This document shows, piece after piece, positions 33,217 through 46,156 of a stretch of DNA of 64,000 nt (the first letter of the stretch is position 1; each line of letters begins with the position of its first letter). The DNA comes from Escherichia coli (GTDB lineage: Bacteria > Pseudomonadota > Gammaproteobacteria > Enterobacterales > Enterobacteriaceae), in the NCBI RefSeq assembly GCF_024700885.2, contig NZ_CP117016.1; one strand, 5' to 3'. The notes under the pieces are model-generated. The model ran no database searches. It was not told where the DNA came from and saw only the letters and a program-made list of their open reading frames with translations. A program made the translations under genes and the position numbers.

Positions 33217-34569
33217 TTATTGCCCCGCGACAGGTTTCAGCTCGATACGCTTGATATCGCCCACCAGCACCAGGTAGCTCAGTACCGCGATTAAGGCATG
33301 AACACCAACATAAATCAGCGCCCCATTAAACGAGCCAGTCGTGCCAACGATATAACCAATTGCGATTGGCGTGACGATGCCAGAAATGTTACCGAACATG
33401 TTGAACAGGCCACCGGAAAGACCGCTGATCTCTTTTGGCGCGGTATCTGCCATTACTGCCCAACCCAGCGCCCCGATGCCCTTACCGAAGAAGGCCAGCG
33501 CCATAAAGCCGATGATCATCCACTCAACGTTGACGTAGTTGCAGAACACCATCACCATCGACAGCAACATGCCCATTACGATCGGTGTTTTACGCGCAAT
33601 GTTCAGCGATCCCGTGCGGCGCATCAGCCAGTCGGAAATAATCCCACCCAGCACACCGCCGATAAAACCGCAAACCGCCGGAACGGAAGCCACAAAGCCC
33701 GCTTTCAGAATCGACATCCCGCGTGCCTGCACCAGATAAACCGGGAACCAGGTAATAAAGAAGTAAGTCAGGGCGTTGATACAGTACTGACCGATATAAA
33801 CGCCGATCATCATCCGTGACCCTAGCAGCTGTTTGATCTGCCCCCACTTCACGCTGAACGGTACTTTAACTTTGGTGTTTTGCTGATCCATATTGATCAG
33901 CGCGCCACCCGCGGCGATGTACTCCAGCTCTTTCTGATTTACACCCGGATGTTGATTTGGCTCGTGGATGACTTTCAGCCAGAAAAAGCTGATGACAATG
34001 CCCAGACCGCCCATAAAGAAGAAGACGTGTGACCAGCCCACTTCATGAGTCAGCCAGCCCATAATCGGCGCGAAGATCACCGTTGCGAAGTATTGAGCGG
34101 AGTTAAAAATAGACACCGCCGTTCCCCTTTCCTGCGCCGGAAACCAGGCCGCAACAATGCGACTGTTGCCGGGGAAAGATGGCGCTTCAGCAAGCCCGAC
34201 CAGGAAGCGCAGAGTAAACAGGGCAACGATAATGCCGAATCCACTAAAAATATCGACGAAGCCTTGCAGCAAGGTAAACATCGACCAGATAAAGATCGAC
34301 CAGAAGTAGACGCGTTTTGAACCAAAACGATCCAGCAACCAACCACCAGGGATCTGTCCGATAACATAAGCCCATGAGAAAGCAGAGAACACATAGCCCA
34401 TTCCCACGGGATCAAGGCCGATATCTTTGGCCATTTCCGAACCGGCAATAGAAAGCGTAGCGCGGTCGCCGTAGTTGAAGGATGTGACGATAAACAACAT
34501 CACCACTATCCAGTAACGAGCATTTGTGCGTTTTTCCACACTGCTCGCAGCCTGACTTAAAGAACTCAT
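33217..34569 (-). CDS. gudP: glucarate/galactarate MFS transporter
   Basis: 450-aa [42 protein letters not shown]... Confidence 0.93.
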   Translation of the reverse strand: MSSLSQAASSVEKRTNARYWIVVMLFIVTSFNYGDRATLSIAGSEMAKDIGLDPVGMGYVFSAFSWAYVIGQIPGGWLLDRFGSKRVYFWSIFIWSMFTLLQGFVDIFSGFGIIVALFTLRFLVGLAEAPSFPGNSRIVAAWFPAQERGTAVSIFNSAQYFATVIFAPIMGWLTHEVGWSHVFFFMGGLGIVISFFWLKVIHEPNQHPGVNQKELEYIAAGGALINMDQQNTKVKVPFSVKWGQIKQLLGSRMMIGVYIGQYCINALTYFFITWFPVYLVQARGMSILKAGFVASVPAVCGFIGGVLGGIISDWLMRRTGSLNIARKTPIVMGMLLSMVMVFCNYVNVEWMIIGFMALAFFGKGIGALGWAVMADTAPKEISGLSGGLFNMFGNISGIVTPIAIGYIVGTTGSFNGALIYVGVHALIAVLSYLVLVGDIKRIELKPVAGQ

Positions 34570-35003
34570 TGTTGCACTCCTGAAAATTCGCGTTAGCCAC
34601 GCTCACTCTGGACTGCGACATCGCCAGGAAATCAGAGGTGACGTAGGGTGTTTTTTGCCGTTTTTATAGGTCGTTCGCCGAATACGGCGCGTGTTTATAT
34701 CTGGCAATAGCAGTATAAAAAGCGCGCCATAGCGGCTCACCGTGCAACAACACAACATTAATGCGTTCAATGAGGCCCGATTTTGGCATTAGCCCTGGAC
34801 GGTGGAATCCACTTCACGGAAATGAAAACAAGAACAAGAAAGGAAGGGTTAAAACGAAGAAATAAAGAAGAGTATGAAATGGATCGCTTGACTCCAGGCA
34901 AACGCCAGTAAAAATCCGCGCTATGAAGCAGTTTTTACTGGCATTTGCCTGAAAAGATTCGATTCAGCACCGCTAAAACGGCATTTACCGCTCGCTGAAC
35001 GTA

Positions 35004-35453
35004 TCAGGACAACAGCGTGCCCCAATGTTCGACCCACGGATTTGATTCCGTTTCCGGTTCCGGGTTCTCACTGGCGTCAATCAACAGCATTTCTCCCACC
35101 CGCTGAGCGCTCTGTTCCTGCAACAAGGCATCGAACTGTTTGCCGCCATTGCAGAAATTCACATAACTACTGTCGCCGAGCGCAATCACGCCATAACGCA
35201 GATTCGGCTGGAAGCCCAGGGTATCTTTAATTCCCTGAAAGAGCGGCACAATGCTATCAGGAAGGTCGCCCTGCCCGGTCGTGGACGTAACCACCAGAAC
35301 ATACTTATTCTGATAGGGCAGCCAGTCGCTTAATTCAGGATCTTCAAATACCGTTGCTTTGTGGCCCTGCGCGGTCAGAATTGCTTCCGCTTCTTCCGCC
35401 ACTAACAGCGAATTTCCGTACATAGTGCCCACAAAAATACCAATTTCCGCCAT
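35004..35453 (-). CDS. yqcA: flavodoxin-like protein
   Basis: 149-aa [39 protein letters not shown]... Confidence 0.9.
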   Translation of the reverse strand: MAEIGIFVGTMYGNSLLVAEEAEAILTAQGHKATVFEDPELSDWLPYQNKYVLVVTSTTGQGDLPDSIVPLFQGIKDTLGFQPNLRYGVIALGDSSYVNFCNGGKQFDALLQEQSAQRVGEMLLIDASENPEPETESNPWVEHWGTLLS

Positions 35454-35470
35454 ACCGTTTTCTCCCTGGA

Positions 35471-36253
35471 TTAGGAACTTATCTCTCCATCCTGACCCGA
35501 TGGCGCACTGAACTCAACCCTTTCATTTTCAGGAAGCAGACCCCGCCAGCCAAATTGTGATAACGCCTGCATCCAGGTGCCGTCCAGGCCCGCGTGAATA
35601 GTCAACGGCTCGCCAGTAAAAGGATGCGTCAATGACAACTGACTGGCATGCAGCATTAACCGCTGAAGGCCAAAATGTTCAGCACCGCTGCGATTCTGGC
35701 GTAAATCACCATGTTTGCTGTCGCCAATAATCGGATGGCGCAAATGGGCAAGATGGCGACGGAGCTGGTGCTTGCGTCCGGTTTTCGGCTCCAGTTCCAC
35801 CAGGCCGTAGCGCGTGGTCGGGTAACGTCCGGTCGCTACCGGCATTTCTACGGTCGCCAGACCGCGATAATGCGTCACTGCTGGCTGTGGGCCTTTATCT
35901 TCGCGAGCAAATTTATCAGCGATTTTGTCCAGTTCTTCCACCAGTGGATAATCCAGAACTGCTTCTTCCATCAACCAGCCGCGCACAATCGCATGGTAAC
36001 GTTTCTGGATTTGGTGCTGTTCAAACTGTTGTGCCAGCAGCCGTCCGGCCTCGCTGGATAATCCCATCAACAACACACCAGAAGTTGGTCGGTCCAGACG
36101 ATGAGCAGTAAACACATGCTGGCCTATCTGGTCACGCACGGTTTGCATGACCACTACTTTCTCGTCGCGATCCAGCCAGCTGCGGTGAACCAGCCAGCCG
36201 GAGGGTTTATTTACCGCAACCAGCCATTCATCCTGATAGAGTATTTCCAGCAT
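35471..36253 (-). CDS. truC: tRNA pseudouridine(65) synthase
   Basis: 260-aa [28 protein letters not shown]...; RluA-family HRLDRPTSG motif. Confidence 0.92.
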   Translation of the reverse strand: MLEILYQDEWLVAVNKPSGWLVHRSWLDRDEKVVVMQTVRDQIGQHVFTAHRLDRPTSGVLLMGLSSEAGRLLAQQFEQHQIQKRYHAIVRGWLMEEAVLDYPLVEELDKIADKFAREDKGPQPAVTHYRGLATVEMPVATGRYPTTRYGLVELEPKTGRKHQLRRHLAHLRHPIIGDSKHGDLRQNRSGAEHFGLQRLMLHASQLSLTHPFTGEPLTIHAGLDGTWMQALSQFGWRGLLPENERVEFSAPSGQDGEISS

Positions 36254-36582
36254 TAGCTCGCATCATCCGCAAAAAGAGCATCCAGTTTTTCCAGCTCAGC
36301 CAGAATAAGCGCGCGTTGCGGGTGGTCCGTCGCCAGCGCCATTTCATAATAGGGAGCAACGGCAAAAGCACCCGGTAACGGCTGGTTGTTTTCTAACAAA
36401 TCGTGCATTCGCGGGATCAGCACCCACTGCAACCACTCCAGTGGTTCCATGGTGTCCATAAAGAACGGTTGGGTACTATTAAATTGATGCGGCTGGGGTT
36501 CATCGTTTCGCCAGTGCTGATGTTCACGCAGTAACGCTTCAAGCGCCTGCAACTGGAAACGAACGCGGTCATGAGTGGTCAT
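36253..36582 (-). CDS. yqcC: DUF446-family protein
   Basis: 109-aa ORF, MTTHDRVRFQLQALEALLREHQHW...; stop overlaps truC start. Confidence 0.85.
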   Translation of the reverse strand: MTTHDRVRFQLQALEALLREHQHWRNDEPQPHQFNSTQPFFMDTMEPLEWLQWVLIPRMHDLLENNQPLPGAFAVAPYYEMALATDHPQRALILAELEKLDALFADDAS

Positions 36583-36624
36583 AAAGCAACCTCAATAAGA
36601 AAAACTGCCGCGAAGGATAGCAGG

Positions 36625-36993
36625 AATAAAAAAAGGGAGCACTGTATTCACAGTGCTCCCGGTTCGTTTCGCAGCATTCCAGCTACTTTTGTTGCTCCCT
36701 GCTCATCCTTGACAACTTTTCCTCTGGCCTTGCGGCCAATCGTTCATCCTGAACTATTGCTTCCTGCTCACACCACCCCGATGTGATACTTCATCCTGAA
36801 GTGTCCCTGGCCTTCCTGACCCACCGAATCATCCTGACCGGTTCTCATTCTCCATCCTGGAGGTGTCCTTTAACGCGTCCTGCGTCATCCTCTTCGCTTC
36901 ATCCAGAAGCCTTTCCCTGAAACACCATCCTGGTGTGTCCTTCAGAAGTGTCATCATCCTGATGTTCACTTCGTTGTCTGACTCCCTGTCGAC
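36625..36993 (-). ncRNA. csrB: CsrB small RNA (CsrA-sequestering)
   Basis: Minus-strand transcript of about 369 nt from GUCGACAGGGAGUCAGACAACGAAGUGAACAUC (5' end at 36993) to hairpin GGGAGCACUGUGAAUACAGUGCUCCC plus U-run (36627-36660). At least 8 exact CATCCT (AGGAUG in the RNA) plus many more CAGGA/AGGA motifs on the plus strand. Confidence 0.95.
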
Positions 36994-37166
36994 GAAGATA
37001 GAATCGTCTTTTTCGCGAAGTCTTACAAGGCGCTTACAGACAATGCCTTAAGGAAAATTTCATATGAAAGTTAAGAATTGACAAGCAATATATTGATTTT
37101 AAATGAAAATAACGATTCTTATCTTTTTAAGTATTCGCTTATTTCCTGGCGATCTCCTACAGAGTC

Positions 37167-37184
37167 TGTAAGAGATCTCTCACA
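37167..37184. promoter_or_regulatory. UvrY-box inverted repeat upstream of csrB
   Basis: TGTAAGAGATCTCTCACA, perfect 18-bp palindrome about 175-190 bp upstream of the csrB 5' end. Confidence 0.75.
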
Positions 37185-37203
37185 ACCAGATGGGGTATTT
37201 GGA

Positions 37204-37749
37204 TTACAGAAGAGGCTTAAGTTGATTAAGGAATTCCGCAAGATTTGAGGCTAAATGCGTCCGTTTACGTGTTCCCAGCGTCTCTTTGCACACTTCACCG
37301 GAGAGATTACACACCGAGATCACCTCTAACTCTTCTTCCAGCGTCGCGATAAATAGCGTGGGCGGCAATTTTAGCCTTTTCTGAGTCACCAGATGACCAA
37401 TCAGATTTTCCTGCACCCGACGGAAGTCGTCTTCACTCCAGGTTTGCAGCAATGTCAGTTTGATATCGCCAAACTGCGCGTGCATATCCCCGGCAAACTG
37501 AGTCGTATAAAAGGTATGAATTGTGGGTTGTATCACAAGATCAAAAGCGCGTTCAACCGCGTTTACATTTTGTTCCCCGGTAAACGGCTGGGGTTGCCAG
37601 TATACGGCATCTTCGGTGGTTGAAATAATGCACGGTGAAGGAACGCCGTACAGTTCCTCACTCAACGGCCAGCTTTTATGCTCTTCATGCCACGCATCGC
37701 AGTAGCGTGCAGTAAAATCTTTCAGGGCTTGTGCGGTCAAATCGTCCAC
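37204..37749 (-). CDS. syd: SecY-interacting protein Syd
   Basis: 181-aa [38 protein letters not shown]... Confidence 0.92.
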   Translation of the reverse strand: MDDLTAQALKDFTARYCDAWHEEHKSWPLSEELYGVPSPCIISTTEDAVYWQPQPFTGEQNVNAVERAFDLVIQPTIHTFYTTQFAGDMHAQFGDIKLTLLQTWSEDDFRRVQENLIGHLVTQKRLKLPPTLFIATLEEELEVISVCNLSGEVCKETLGTRKRTHLASNLAEFLNQLKPLL

Positions 37750-37816
37750 TAATTTCTCTCTTCACCTAAACCAGATACACTTGTCGTTTAGTTTATCTGG
37801 TTTATGACGGTGAAAC

Positions 37817-38665
37817 ATGTCTTCTTATGCAAACCATCAGGCACTTGCGGGCCTGACTCTTGGAAAATCAACCGATTACCGGGATACCTATGACGCCAGC
37901 CTACTGCAAGGCGTTCCGCGTAGTCTGAATCGCGATCCGCTGGGTCTGAAAGCGGATAACCTGCCTTTTCACGGTACGGATATCTGGACGCTGTATGAAC
38001 TTTCCTGGCTGAATGCGAAAGGTTTGCCGCAGGTCGCCGTCGGTCATGTTGAACTTGATTACACCAGCGCAAATCTGATTGAGTCGAAGAGTTTTAAGCT
38101 CTATCTCAACAGTTTTAACCAGACGCGTTTTAATAACTGGGATGAGGTGCGCCAGACGCTGGAGCGCGACTTAAGCACTTGCGCCCAGGGTAAGGTTAGC
38201 GTGGCGTTATATCGTCTTGATGAACTGGAAGGCCAACCGATAGGTCATTTCAATGGCACTTGCATTGATGACCAGGATATCACTATCGATAACTATGAAT
38301 TCACTACTGACTATCTGGAGAATGCCACCAGTGGCGAAAAAGTAGTAGAAGAGACGCTCGTCAGCCACCTGCTGAAATCAAACTGCCTGATCACCCATCA
38401 ACCAGATTGGGGATCGATCCAAATTCAGTATCGTGGACGCCAAATTGACAGAGAAAAACTGCTGCGTTACCTGGTTTCTTTCCGTCATCACAACGAGTTC
38501 CACGAACAGTGCGTGGAACGCATCTTTAATGACCTGTTACGCTTCTGCCAGCCAGAGAAATTGAGCGTTTACGCACGTTATACCCGTCGTGGCGGTCTGG
38601 ACATTAACCCGTGGCGCAGTAATAGCGATTTTGTCCCATCGACCACAAGACTGGTTCGGCAATAA
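37817..38665 (+). CDS. queF: NADPH-dependent 7-cyano-7-deazaguanine (preQ0) reductase
   Basis: 282-aa [38 protein letters not shown]... Confidence 0.93.
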
Positions 38666-38776
38666 ATTTTTTCTCAATTTTGCGTGCTGGATTCACGCAG
38701 AAGGTTGTGAAAGGTCATCAGGCAGGGCTATTGTAATCAAAGGGAATGACGATATTCGTCCCATAAGGAGTTTTTC

Positions 38777-40141
38777 TTGATTACACATATTAGCCCGCTT
38801 GGCTCCATGGATATGTTGTCGCAGCTGGAAGTGGATATGCTTAAACGCACCGCCAGCAGCGACCTCTATCAACTGTTTCGCAACTGTTCACTTGCCGTAC
38901 TGAACTCCGGTAGTTTGACCGATAACAGCAAAGAATTGCTGTCTCGTTTTGAAAATTTCGATATTAACGTCCTGCGCCGTGAACGCGGCGTAAAGCTGGA
39001 ACTGATTAATCCCCCGGAAGAGGCTTTTGTCGATGGGCGAATTATTCGCGCTTTGCAGGCCAACTTGTTCGCGGTTCTGCGTGACATTCTCTTCGTTTAC
39101 GGGCAAATCCATAACACCGTTCGTTTTCCCAACCTGAATCTCGACAACTCCGTCCACATCACTAACCTGGTCTTTTCCATCTTGCGTAACGCTCGCGCAC
39201 TGCATGTCGGTGAAGCGCCAAATATGGTGGTCTGCTGGGGCGGGCACTCAATTAACGAAAACGAGTATTTGTATGCCCGTCGCGTCGGGAATCAGCTGGG
39301 CCTGCGTGAGCTGAATATCTGCACCGGCTGTGGTCCGGGAGCGATGGAAGCGCCGATGAAAGGCGCTGCGGTCGGACACGCACAGCAGCGTTACAAAGAC
39401 AGTCGTTTTATTGGTATGACAGAGCCGTCGATTATCGCCGCTGAACCGCCTAACCCGCTGGTCAACGAATTGATCATCATGCCGGATATCGAAAAACGTC
39501 TGGAAGCGTTTGTCCGTATCGCTCACGGTATCATTATCTTCCCTGGCGGTGTGGGTACGGCAGAAGAGTTGCTGTATTTGCTGGGAATTTTAATGAACCC
39601 GGCCAACAAAGATCAGGTTTTACCATTGATCCTCACCGGCCCGAAAGAGAGCGCCGACTACTTCCGCGTACTGGACGAGTTTGTCGTGCATACGTTGGGT
39701 GAAAACGCGCGCCGCCATTACCGCATCATCATTGATGACGCCGCTGAAGTCGCTCGTCAGATGAAAAAATCGATGCCGCTGGTGAAAGAAAATCGCCGCG
39801 ACACAGGCGATGCTTACAGCTTTAACTGGTCAATGCGCATTGCGCCAGATTTGCAAATGCCGTTTGAGCCGTCTCACGAGAACATGGCTAATCTGAAGCT
39901 TTACCCGGATCAACCTGTTGAAGTGCTGGCTGCCGACCTGCGCCGTGCGTTCTCCGGTATTGTGGCGGGTAACGTAAAAGAAGTCGGTATTCGCGCCATT
40001 GAAGAGTTTGGTCCTTACAAAATCAACGGCGATAAAGAGATTATGCGTCGTATGGACGACCTGCTACAGGGTTTTGTTGCCCAGCATCGTATGAAGTTGC
40101 CAGGCTCAGCCTACATCCCTTGCTACGAAATCTGCACGTAA
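38777..40141 (+). CDS. ppnN: nucleotide 5'-monophosphate nucleosidase (LOG family)
   Basis: 454-aa [37 protein letters not shown]...; also known as ygdH. Confidence 0.9.
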
Positions 40142-40150
40142 TCTCCCTCC

Positions 40151-40185
40151 CCCGGTGACGTTTGTTGCCGGGTTTTCTCGTTTTT
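40151..40185 (+). terminator. putative intrinsic terminator after ppnN
   Basis: 9-bp stem (two G-U pairs) CCCGGTGAC/GTTGCCGGG with GTTT loop, followed by TTTTCTCGTTTTT. Confidence 0.5.
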
Positions 40186-40696
40186 GGTCACATACCCATC
40201 AATTTATTTCATTTGTTATATGAATGTTTCTTACCACCCTCACGCGATAAATATCATTACAGTTAATATGTCATACAATTTATGTTGTAACGCAAACGTT
40301 TCCCTATTTTCATAAACCACATTTTATCGCTATGAAAAAGAAATTATCGCCATGATTAACTAAAAGTATTGATTTTTTCAGTTCAACCTACATATATTGC
40401 GCGCCCCGGAAGAAGTCAGATGTCGTTTAATGGGCAAATATTGCCCTTAAATTCTCTTTTACTTTTGATTTACAGAGTAAAGCGTTGGGATAATCTATCT
40501 TCCAAGTAGATTATTGTATTTGAGATCAAGATCACTGATAGATACATAACTTGTGTGTATCTTTCCGCCCTCAAATTATTACGGCGGTAAATGATTAAGC
40601 CATCGCCGATAGACAGATTTCATTTTTACGGTCAGGCACCTTCCCGGGCTGAACTGGCTAAAAGCTGAATTATTTGCATTCCTCCAGGAGAAATAG

Positions 40697-41986
40697 ATGG
40701 AAACGACTCAAACCAGCACGATTGCGTCGAAAGACTCTCGTAGTGCCTGGCGCAAGACAGACACCATGTGGATGCTGGGCCTTTACGGCACGGCAATCGG
40801 CGCGGGCGTGCTGTTCCTGCCAATCAACGCCGGTGTTGGCGGTATGATCCCGCTGATCATCATGGCTATCCTTGCGTTCCCGATGACATTTTTTGCACAC
40901 CGCGGCCTGACTCGCTTCGTACTGTCTGGTAAAAACCCAGGCGAAGACATCACCGAGGTTGTAGAAGAACACTTTGGTATTGGCGCAGGTAAACTGATTA
41001 CCCTGCTCTACTTCTTCGCTATCTACCCGATCCTGCTGGTTTATAGTGTGGCAATCACCAATACAGTTGAAAGCTTCATGTCTCACCAGCTGGGTATGAC
41101 ACCACCGCCGCGTGCGATTCTGTCGCTGATCCTGATCGTGGGTATGATGACCATCGTTCGCTTTGGTGAGCAGATGATCGTTAAAGCGATGAGTATTCTG
41201 GTATTCCCGTTTGTTGGCGTACTGATGCTGCTGGCTCTGTACCTGATCCCGCAGTGGAACGGCGCAGCACTGGAAACGCTGTCTCTGGACACTGCATCTG
41301 CAACCGGAAACGGTCTGTGGATGACCCTGTGGCTGGCAATTCCGGTAATGGTGTTCTCGTTCAACCACTCTCCGATCATCTCTTCTTTCGCCGTTGCGAA
41401 GCGTGAAGAGTACGGCGATATGGCAGAACAGAAATGCTCGAAGATCCTGGCATTCGCACACATCATGATGGTGCTGACCGTAATGTTCTTCGTCTTCAGC
41501 TGCGTACTGAGCCTGACTCCGGCAGACCTAGCTGCGGCTAAAGAGCAGAACATCTCGATTCTGTCTTACCTGGCTAACCACTTTAACGCACCGGTTATCG
41601 CGTGGATGGCTCCGATTATCGCGATTATCGCTATCACCAAATCCTTCCTCGGCCACTACCTGGGCGCACGTGAAGGCTTCAACGGTATGGTGATTAAATC
41701 TCTGCGTGGTAAAGGTAAGTCTATCGAAATCAACAAGCTGAACCGTATCACTGCGCTGTTCATGCTGGTAACGACCTGGATTGTTGCCACCCTGAACCCG
41801 AGCATCCTGGGTATGATTGAAACCCTGGGCGGCCCAATCATCGCGATGATCCTGTTCCTGATGCCGATGTACGCAATTCAGAAAGTACCGGCAATGCGTA
41901 AGTACAGCGGTCACATCAGCAACGTATTCGTTGTCGTGATGGGTCTGATTGCAATCTCCGCAATCTTCTACTCTCTGTTCAGCTAA
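40697..41986 (+). CDS. sdaC: serine transporter
   Basis: 429-aa [45 protein letters not shown]... Confidence 0.95.
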   Translation: METTQTSTIASKDSRSAWRKTDTMWMLGLYGTAIGAGVLFLPINAGVGGMIPLIIMAILAFPMTFFAHRGLTRFVLSGKNPGEDITEVVEEHFGIGAGKLITLLYFFAIYPILLVYSVAITNTVESFMSHQLGMTPPPRAILSLILIVGMMTIVRFGEQMIVKAMSILVFPFVGVLMLLALYLIPQWNGAALETLSLDTASATGNGLWMTLWLAIPVMVFSFNHSPIISSFAVAKREEYGDMAEQKCSKILAFAHIMMVLTVMFFVFSCVLSLTPADLAAAKEQNISILSYLANHFNAPVIAWMAPIIAIIAITKSFLGHYLGAREGFNGMVIKSLRGKGKSIEINKLNRITALFMLVTTWIVATLNPSILGMIETLGGPIIAMILFLMPMYAIQKVPAMRKYSGHISNVFVVVMGLIAISAIFYSLFS

Positions 41987-42043
41987 GTCCTTTCGCGCCG
42001 CTTTCGGGCGGCGCTTCCTCCGTTTTAACGCGATGTATTTCCT

Positions 42044-43411
42044 ATGATTAGCGTATTCGATATTTTCAAAATCGGCATTGGCCCTTCCAGTTCTCATACC
42101 GTTGGACCAATGAAAGCGGGTAAACAATTTACCGACGATCTGATTGCCCGTAACCTGCTTAAAGACGTGACCCGCGTGGTGGTTGACGTGTACGGCTCGC
42201 TCTCTCTGACCGGTAAAGGCCACCACACTGATATCGCCATTATTATGGGCCTGGCGGGTAACCTGCCGGATACCGTGGATATCGATTCCATCCCTGGTTT
42301 TATTCAGGATGTGAATACTCATGGTCGCCTGATGCTGGCAAATGGTCAGCATGAAGTGGAGTTCCCGGTTGATCAGTGCATGAACTTCCATGCCGACAAC
42401 CTTTCTCTGCATGAAAACGGTATGCGCATTACCGCGCTGGCGGGCGATAAAGTCGTTTACAGCCAGACTTACTACTCTATTGGCGGTGGCTTTATCGTTG
42501 ATGAAGAGCATTTTGGCCAGCAGGATAGCGCACCGGTTGAAGTTCCTTATCCGTACAGTTCAGCAGCCGATCTGCAAAAACATTGTCAGGAAACCGGGCT
42601 GTCACTCTCTGGCCTGATGATGAAAAACGAGCTGGCGCTGCACAGCAAAGAAGAGCTGGAACAGCACCTGGCGAACGTCTGGGAAGTCATGCGCGGCGGT
42701 ATTGAGCGCGGTATTTCTACCGAAGGCGTGTTGCCTGGCAAACTGCGCGTACCACGCCGTGCTGCGGCACTACGCCGGATGCTGGTCAGCCAGGATAAAA
42801 CCACCACTGACCCGATGGCGGTTGTTGACTGGATCAACATGTTTGCACTGGCAGTGAACGAAGAGAACGCTGCTGGCGGTCGCGTGGTGACTGCGCCGAC
42901 TAACGGTGCGTGCGGGATTATCCCGGCTGTGCTGGCGTACTACGATAAGTTTATCCGCGAAGTGAACGCTAACTCACTGGCTCGTTACCTGCTGGTAGCC
43001 AGCGCCATTGGTTCTCTTTATAAGATGAACGCGTCGATTTCTGGTGCCGAAGTGGGTTGCCAGGGTGAAGTTGGCGTGGCGTGCTCAATGGCGGCGGCTG
43101 GTCTGGCAGAACTGTTAGGCGCAAGCCCGGCGCAGGTGTGCATCGCGGCGGAAATCGCCATGGAGCACAACCTCGGTCTGACGTGTGATCCGGTTGCTGG
43201 ACAGGTCCAGGTGCCATGCATCGAGCGTAACGCCATTGCGGCAGTAAAAGCGGTGAACGCCGCACGTATGGCGCTGCGCCGTACCAGCGAGCCGCGCGTC
43301 TGCCTCGATAAAGTTATCGAAACCATGTACGAAACAGGTAAAGATATGAACGCCAAGTACCGCGAAACCTCTCGCGGCGGCCTGGCAATGAAGATCGTTG
43401 CCTGCGATTAA
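42044..43411 (+). CDS. sdaB: L-serine dehydratase 2
   Basis: 455-aa ORF, MISVFDIFKIGIGPSSSHTVGPMKAGKQFTDDL... Confidence 0.95.
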   Translation: MISVFDIFKIGIGPSSSHTVGPMKAGKQFTDDLIARNLLKDVTRVVVDVYGSLSLTGKGHHTDIAIIMGLAGNLPDTVDIDSIPGFIQDVNTHGRLMLANGQHEVEFPVDQCMNFHADNLSLHENGMRITALAGDKVVYSQTYYSIGGGFIVDEEHFGQQDSAPVEVPYPYSSAADLQKHCQETGLSLSGLMMKNELALHSKEELEQHLANVWEVMRGGIERGISTEGVLPGKLRVPRRAAALRRMLVSQDKTTTDPMAVVDWINMFALAVNEENAAGGRVVTAPTNGACGIIPAVLAYYDKFIREVNANSLARYLLVASAIGSLYKMNASISGAEVGCQGEVGVACSMAAAGLAELLGASPAQVCIAAEIAMEHNLGLTCDPVAGQVQVPCIERNAIAAVKAVNAARMALRRTSEPRVCLDKVIETMYETGKDMNAKYRETSRGGLAMKIVACD

Positions 43412-44278
<867 letters not shown>

Positions 44279-44284
44279 CGGCGT

Positions 44285-44314
44285 GCCGGATACGCCGCAA
44301 ACGTCGCATCCGGC
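44285..44314. repeat. REP-like palindrome between convergent xni and fucO
   Basis: GCCGGATACGCCGCAAACGTCGCATCCGGC. Confidence 0.6.
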
Positions 44315-44332
44315 ATTATCACATCAGCGCAT

Positions 44333-45481
44333 TTACCAGGCGGTATGGTAAAGCTCTACAATATCCTCAAGCGTTGCTTCACGCGGGTTGCCACCGGTAC
44401 AAACATCATCCAGTGCCGCCTGAGCCAGTGCCGGAATGTCTTCCTTGCGTACACCAACATCACGCAAATGTGGCGGAATACCGACATCACGGTTGAGAGC
44501 AAACACCGCTTCAACAGCGGCATTACGCGCCTCTTCCAGGCTCATACCTTCCACTTTCACGCCCATAACGCGCGCTATATCGCGGTACTTCTCACCGGTA
44601 AAGTCAGCGTTATAGCGCATGACATGCGGTAACAGGATGGCGTTCGCAACACCGTGTGGAGTGTTGTAAAACGCGCCCAGTGGATGCGCCATACCATGCA
44701 CCAACCCTAACCCAACATTCGAGAAGCCCATACCCGCAACATACTGCCCGAGCGCCATTTCTTCTCCGGCATCCTTATCACCAGCAACCGATCCTCGCAG
44801 CGCCCCAGCAATGATTTCAATCGCTTTAATGTGCAGTGCATCGGTTAGCGCCCACGCGCCACGGGTAATATACCCCTCAATAGCATGAGTGAGCGCATCG
44901 ACACCCGTCGCGGCTTTCAGCGCTGGAGGCATACCATCCATCATGTCAGCGTCAATAAACGCCACCTGCGGGATATCATGCGGATCAACGCAAACAAACT
45001 TGCGCCGTTTCTCTTCGTCAGTGATCACGTAGTTAATGGTCACTTCTGCCGCAGTGCCTGCTGTGGTGGGGATTGCCAGAATCGGTACACTGGGTTTATT
45101 GGTCGGGGAAAGCCCTTCCAGGCTACGCACATCGGCAAACTCCGGGTTGTTGCTGATAATGCCAATCGCTTTACAAGTATCCTGTGGAGAACCACCACCA
45201 ATAGCGATCAGGTAATCCGCGCCGCTATTCTGGAATACACCGAGCCCTTCTTTGACGACAGTAATTGTTGGGTTGGGCACTACGCCGTCGTAAATCGCCC
45301 ATGCCAGCCCTGCAGCATCCATCTTATCGGTCACTTTTGCCACCACGCCGCATTGCACCAGCGTTTTATCGGTGACGATCAGAGCCTTCTGATAACCACG
45401 GCGTTTCACCTCATCGGTTAAAGCTCCAACAGCACCCCGACCAAACCATGCCGTTTCGTTCAGAATCATTCTGTTAGCCAT
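44333..45481 (-). CDS. fucO: lactaldehyde reductase (L-1,2-propanediol oxidoreductase)
   Basis: ORF trimmed to second Met (382 aa, MANRMILNETAWFGRGAVGALTDEVKRRGYQKALIV...). Confidence 0.95.
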   Translation of the reverse strand: MANRMILNETAWFGRGAVGALTDEVKRRGYQKALIVTDKTLVQCGVVAKVTDKMDAAGLAWAIYDGVVPNPTITVVKEGLGVFQNSGADYLIAIGGGSPQDTCKAIGIISNNPEFADVRSLEGLSPTNKPSVPILAIPTTAGTAAEVTINYVITDEEKRRKFVCVDPHDIPQVAFIDADMMDGMPPALKAATGVDALTHAIEGYITRGAWALTDALHIKAIEIIAGALRGSVAGDKDAGEEMALGQYVAGMGFSNVGLGLVHGMAHPLGAFYNTPHGVANAILLPHVMRYNADFTGEKYRDIARVMGVKVEGMSLEEARNAAVEAVFALNRDVGIPPHLRDVGVRKEDIPALAQAALDDVCTGGNPREATLEDIVELYHTAW

Positions 45482-45508
45482 CATCCTTCTCCTTGTTGCT
45501 TTACGAAA

Positions 45509-46156
45509 TTACTCTTCAATCCGTAACCCGTAGGTTTTGAATTTCTCCAGCACTACGGCAATCTCTTCATCGCTCAGCACTGGCACCGGGTCCGTAATCG
45601 CCAGGGTCGTCAGGTAAAGTTGCGCCAGCACTTCAACTTCATGCGCCAGCCATAACGCTTTCTCCAGATTCACCTCACAAGCGATAAGCCCATGATGTTG
45701 TAACAAAGTTGCCTTACGATTTTTGAGAGCCAGCGCAACATGTTCAGAAAGTTCGCGTGTTCCAAAGGTCGCATAAGGCGCGCAAGGAATAGAATTACCG
45801 CCAGCCGCCGCAATCATGTAGTGAATAGCGGGGATTGGTCGGTTAAGAATAGAAACTGCCGTGCAATGAACGGCATGATTGTGAACAACCGCGTTGGCAT
45901 CCGGTCTGCTTTGATAGGCCGCCATATGGAAACGCCATTCGCTTGAGGGGAGCTTTCCTTCCTCATGTTTACCGTTGCCATCAATAAAGACAATATGCGA
46001 CTCCGTCAGTTTTTCATATGGAATACCTGTAGGCGTAATCAGCATCCCATCCTGATAACGTACACTGACGTTACCCGCTGTCCCCTGGTTCAGTCCCAGG
46101 CGGGTCATTTCCAGGCAAGTGTCAATAATCTGACGAGCAAGTTTATTTCGTTCCAT
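45509..46156 (-). CDS. fucA: L-fuculose-phosphate aldolase
   Basis: 215-aa ORF, MERNKLARQIIDTCLEMTRLGLNQGTAGNVSVRYQDG... Confidence 0.95.
   Translation of the reverse strand: MERNKLARQIIDTCLEMTRLGLNQGTAGNVSVRYQDGMLITPTGIPYEKLTESHIVFIDGNGKHEEGKLPSSEWRFHMAAYQSRPDANAVVHNHAVHCTAVSILNRPIPAIHYMIAAAGGNSIPCAPYATFGTRELSEHVALALKNRKATLLQHHGLIACEVNLEKALWLAHEVEVLAQLYLTTLAITDPVPVLSDEEIAVVLEKFKTYGLRIEE

Noticed and set aside
40142-40696. Tiny ORF (ATGAAAAAGAAATTATCGCCATGA, 7 codons) and AT-rich 555-bp region upstream of sdaC as a possible leader peptide or sRNA.
   Set aside because: No SD, no terminator-like structure nearby and no recognisable motif; too weak to report as a feature.
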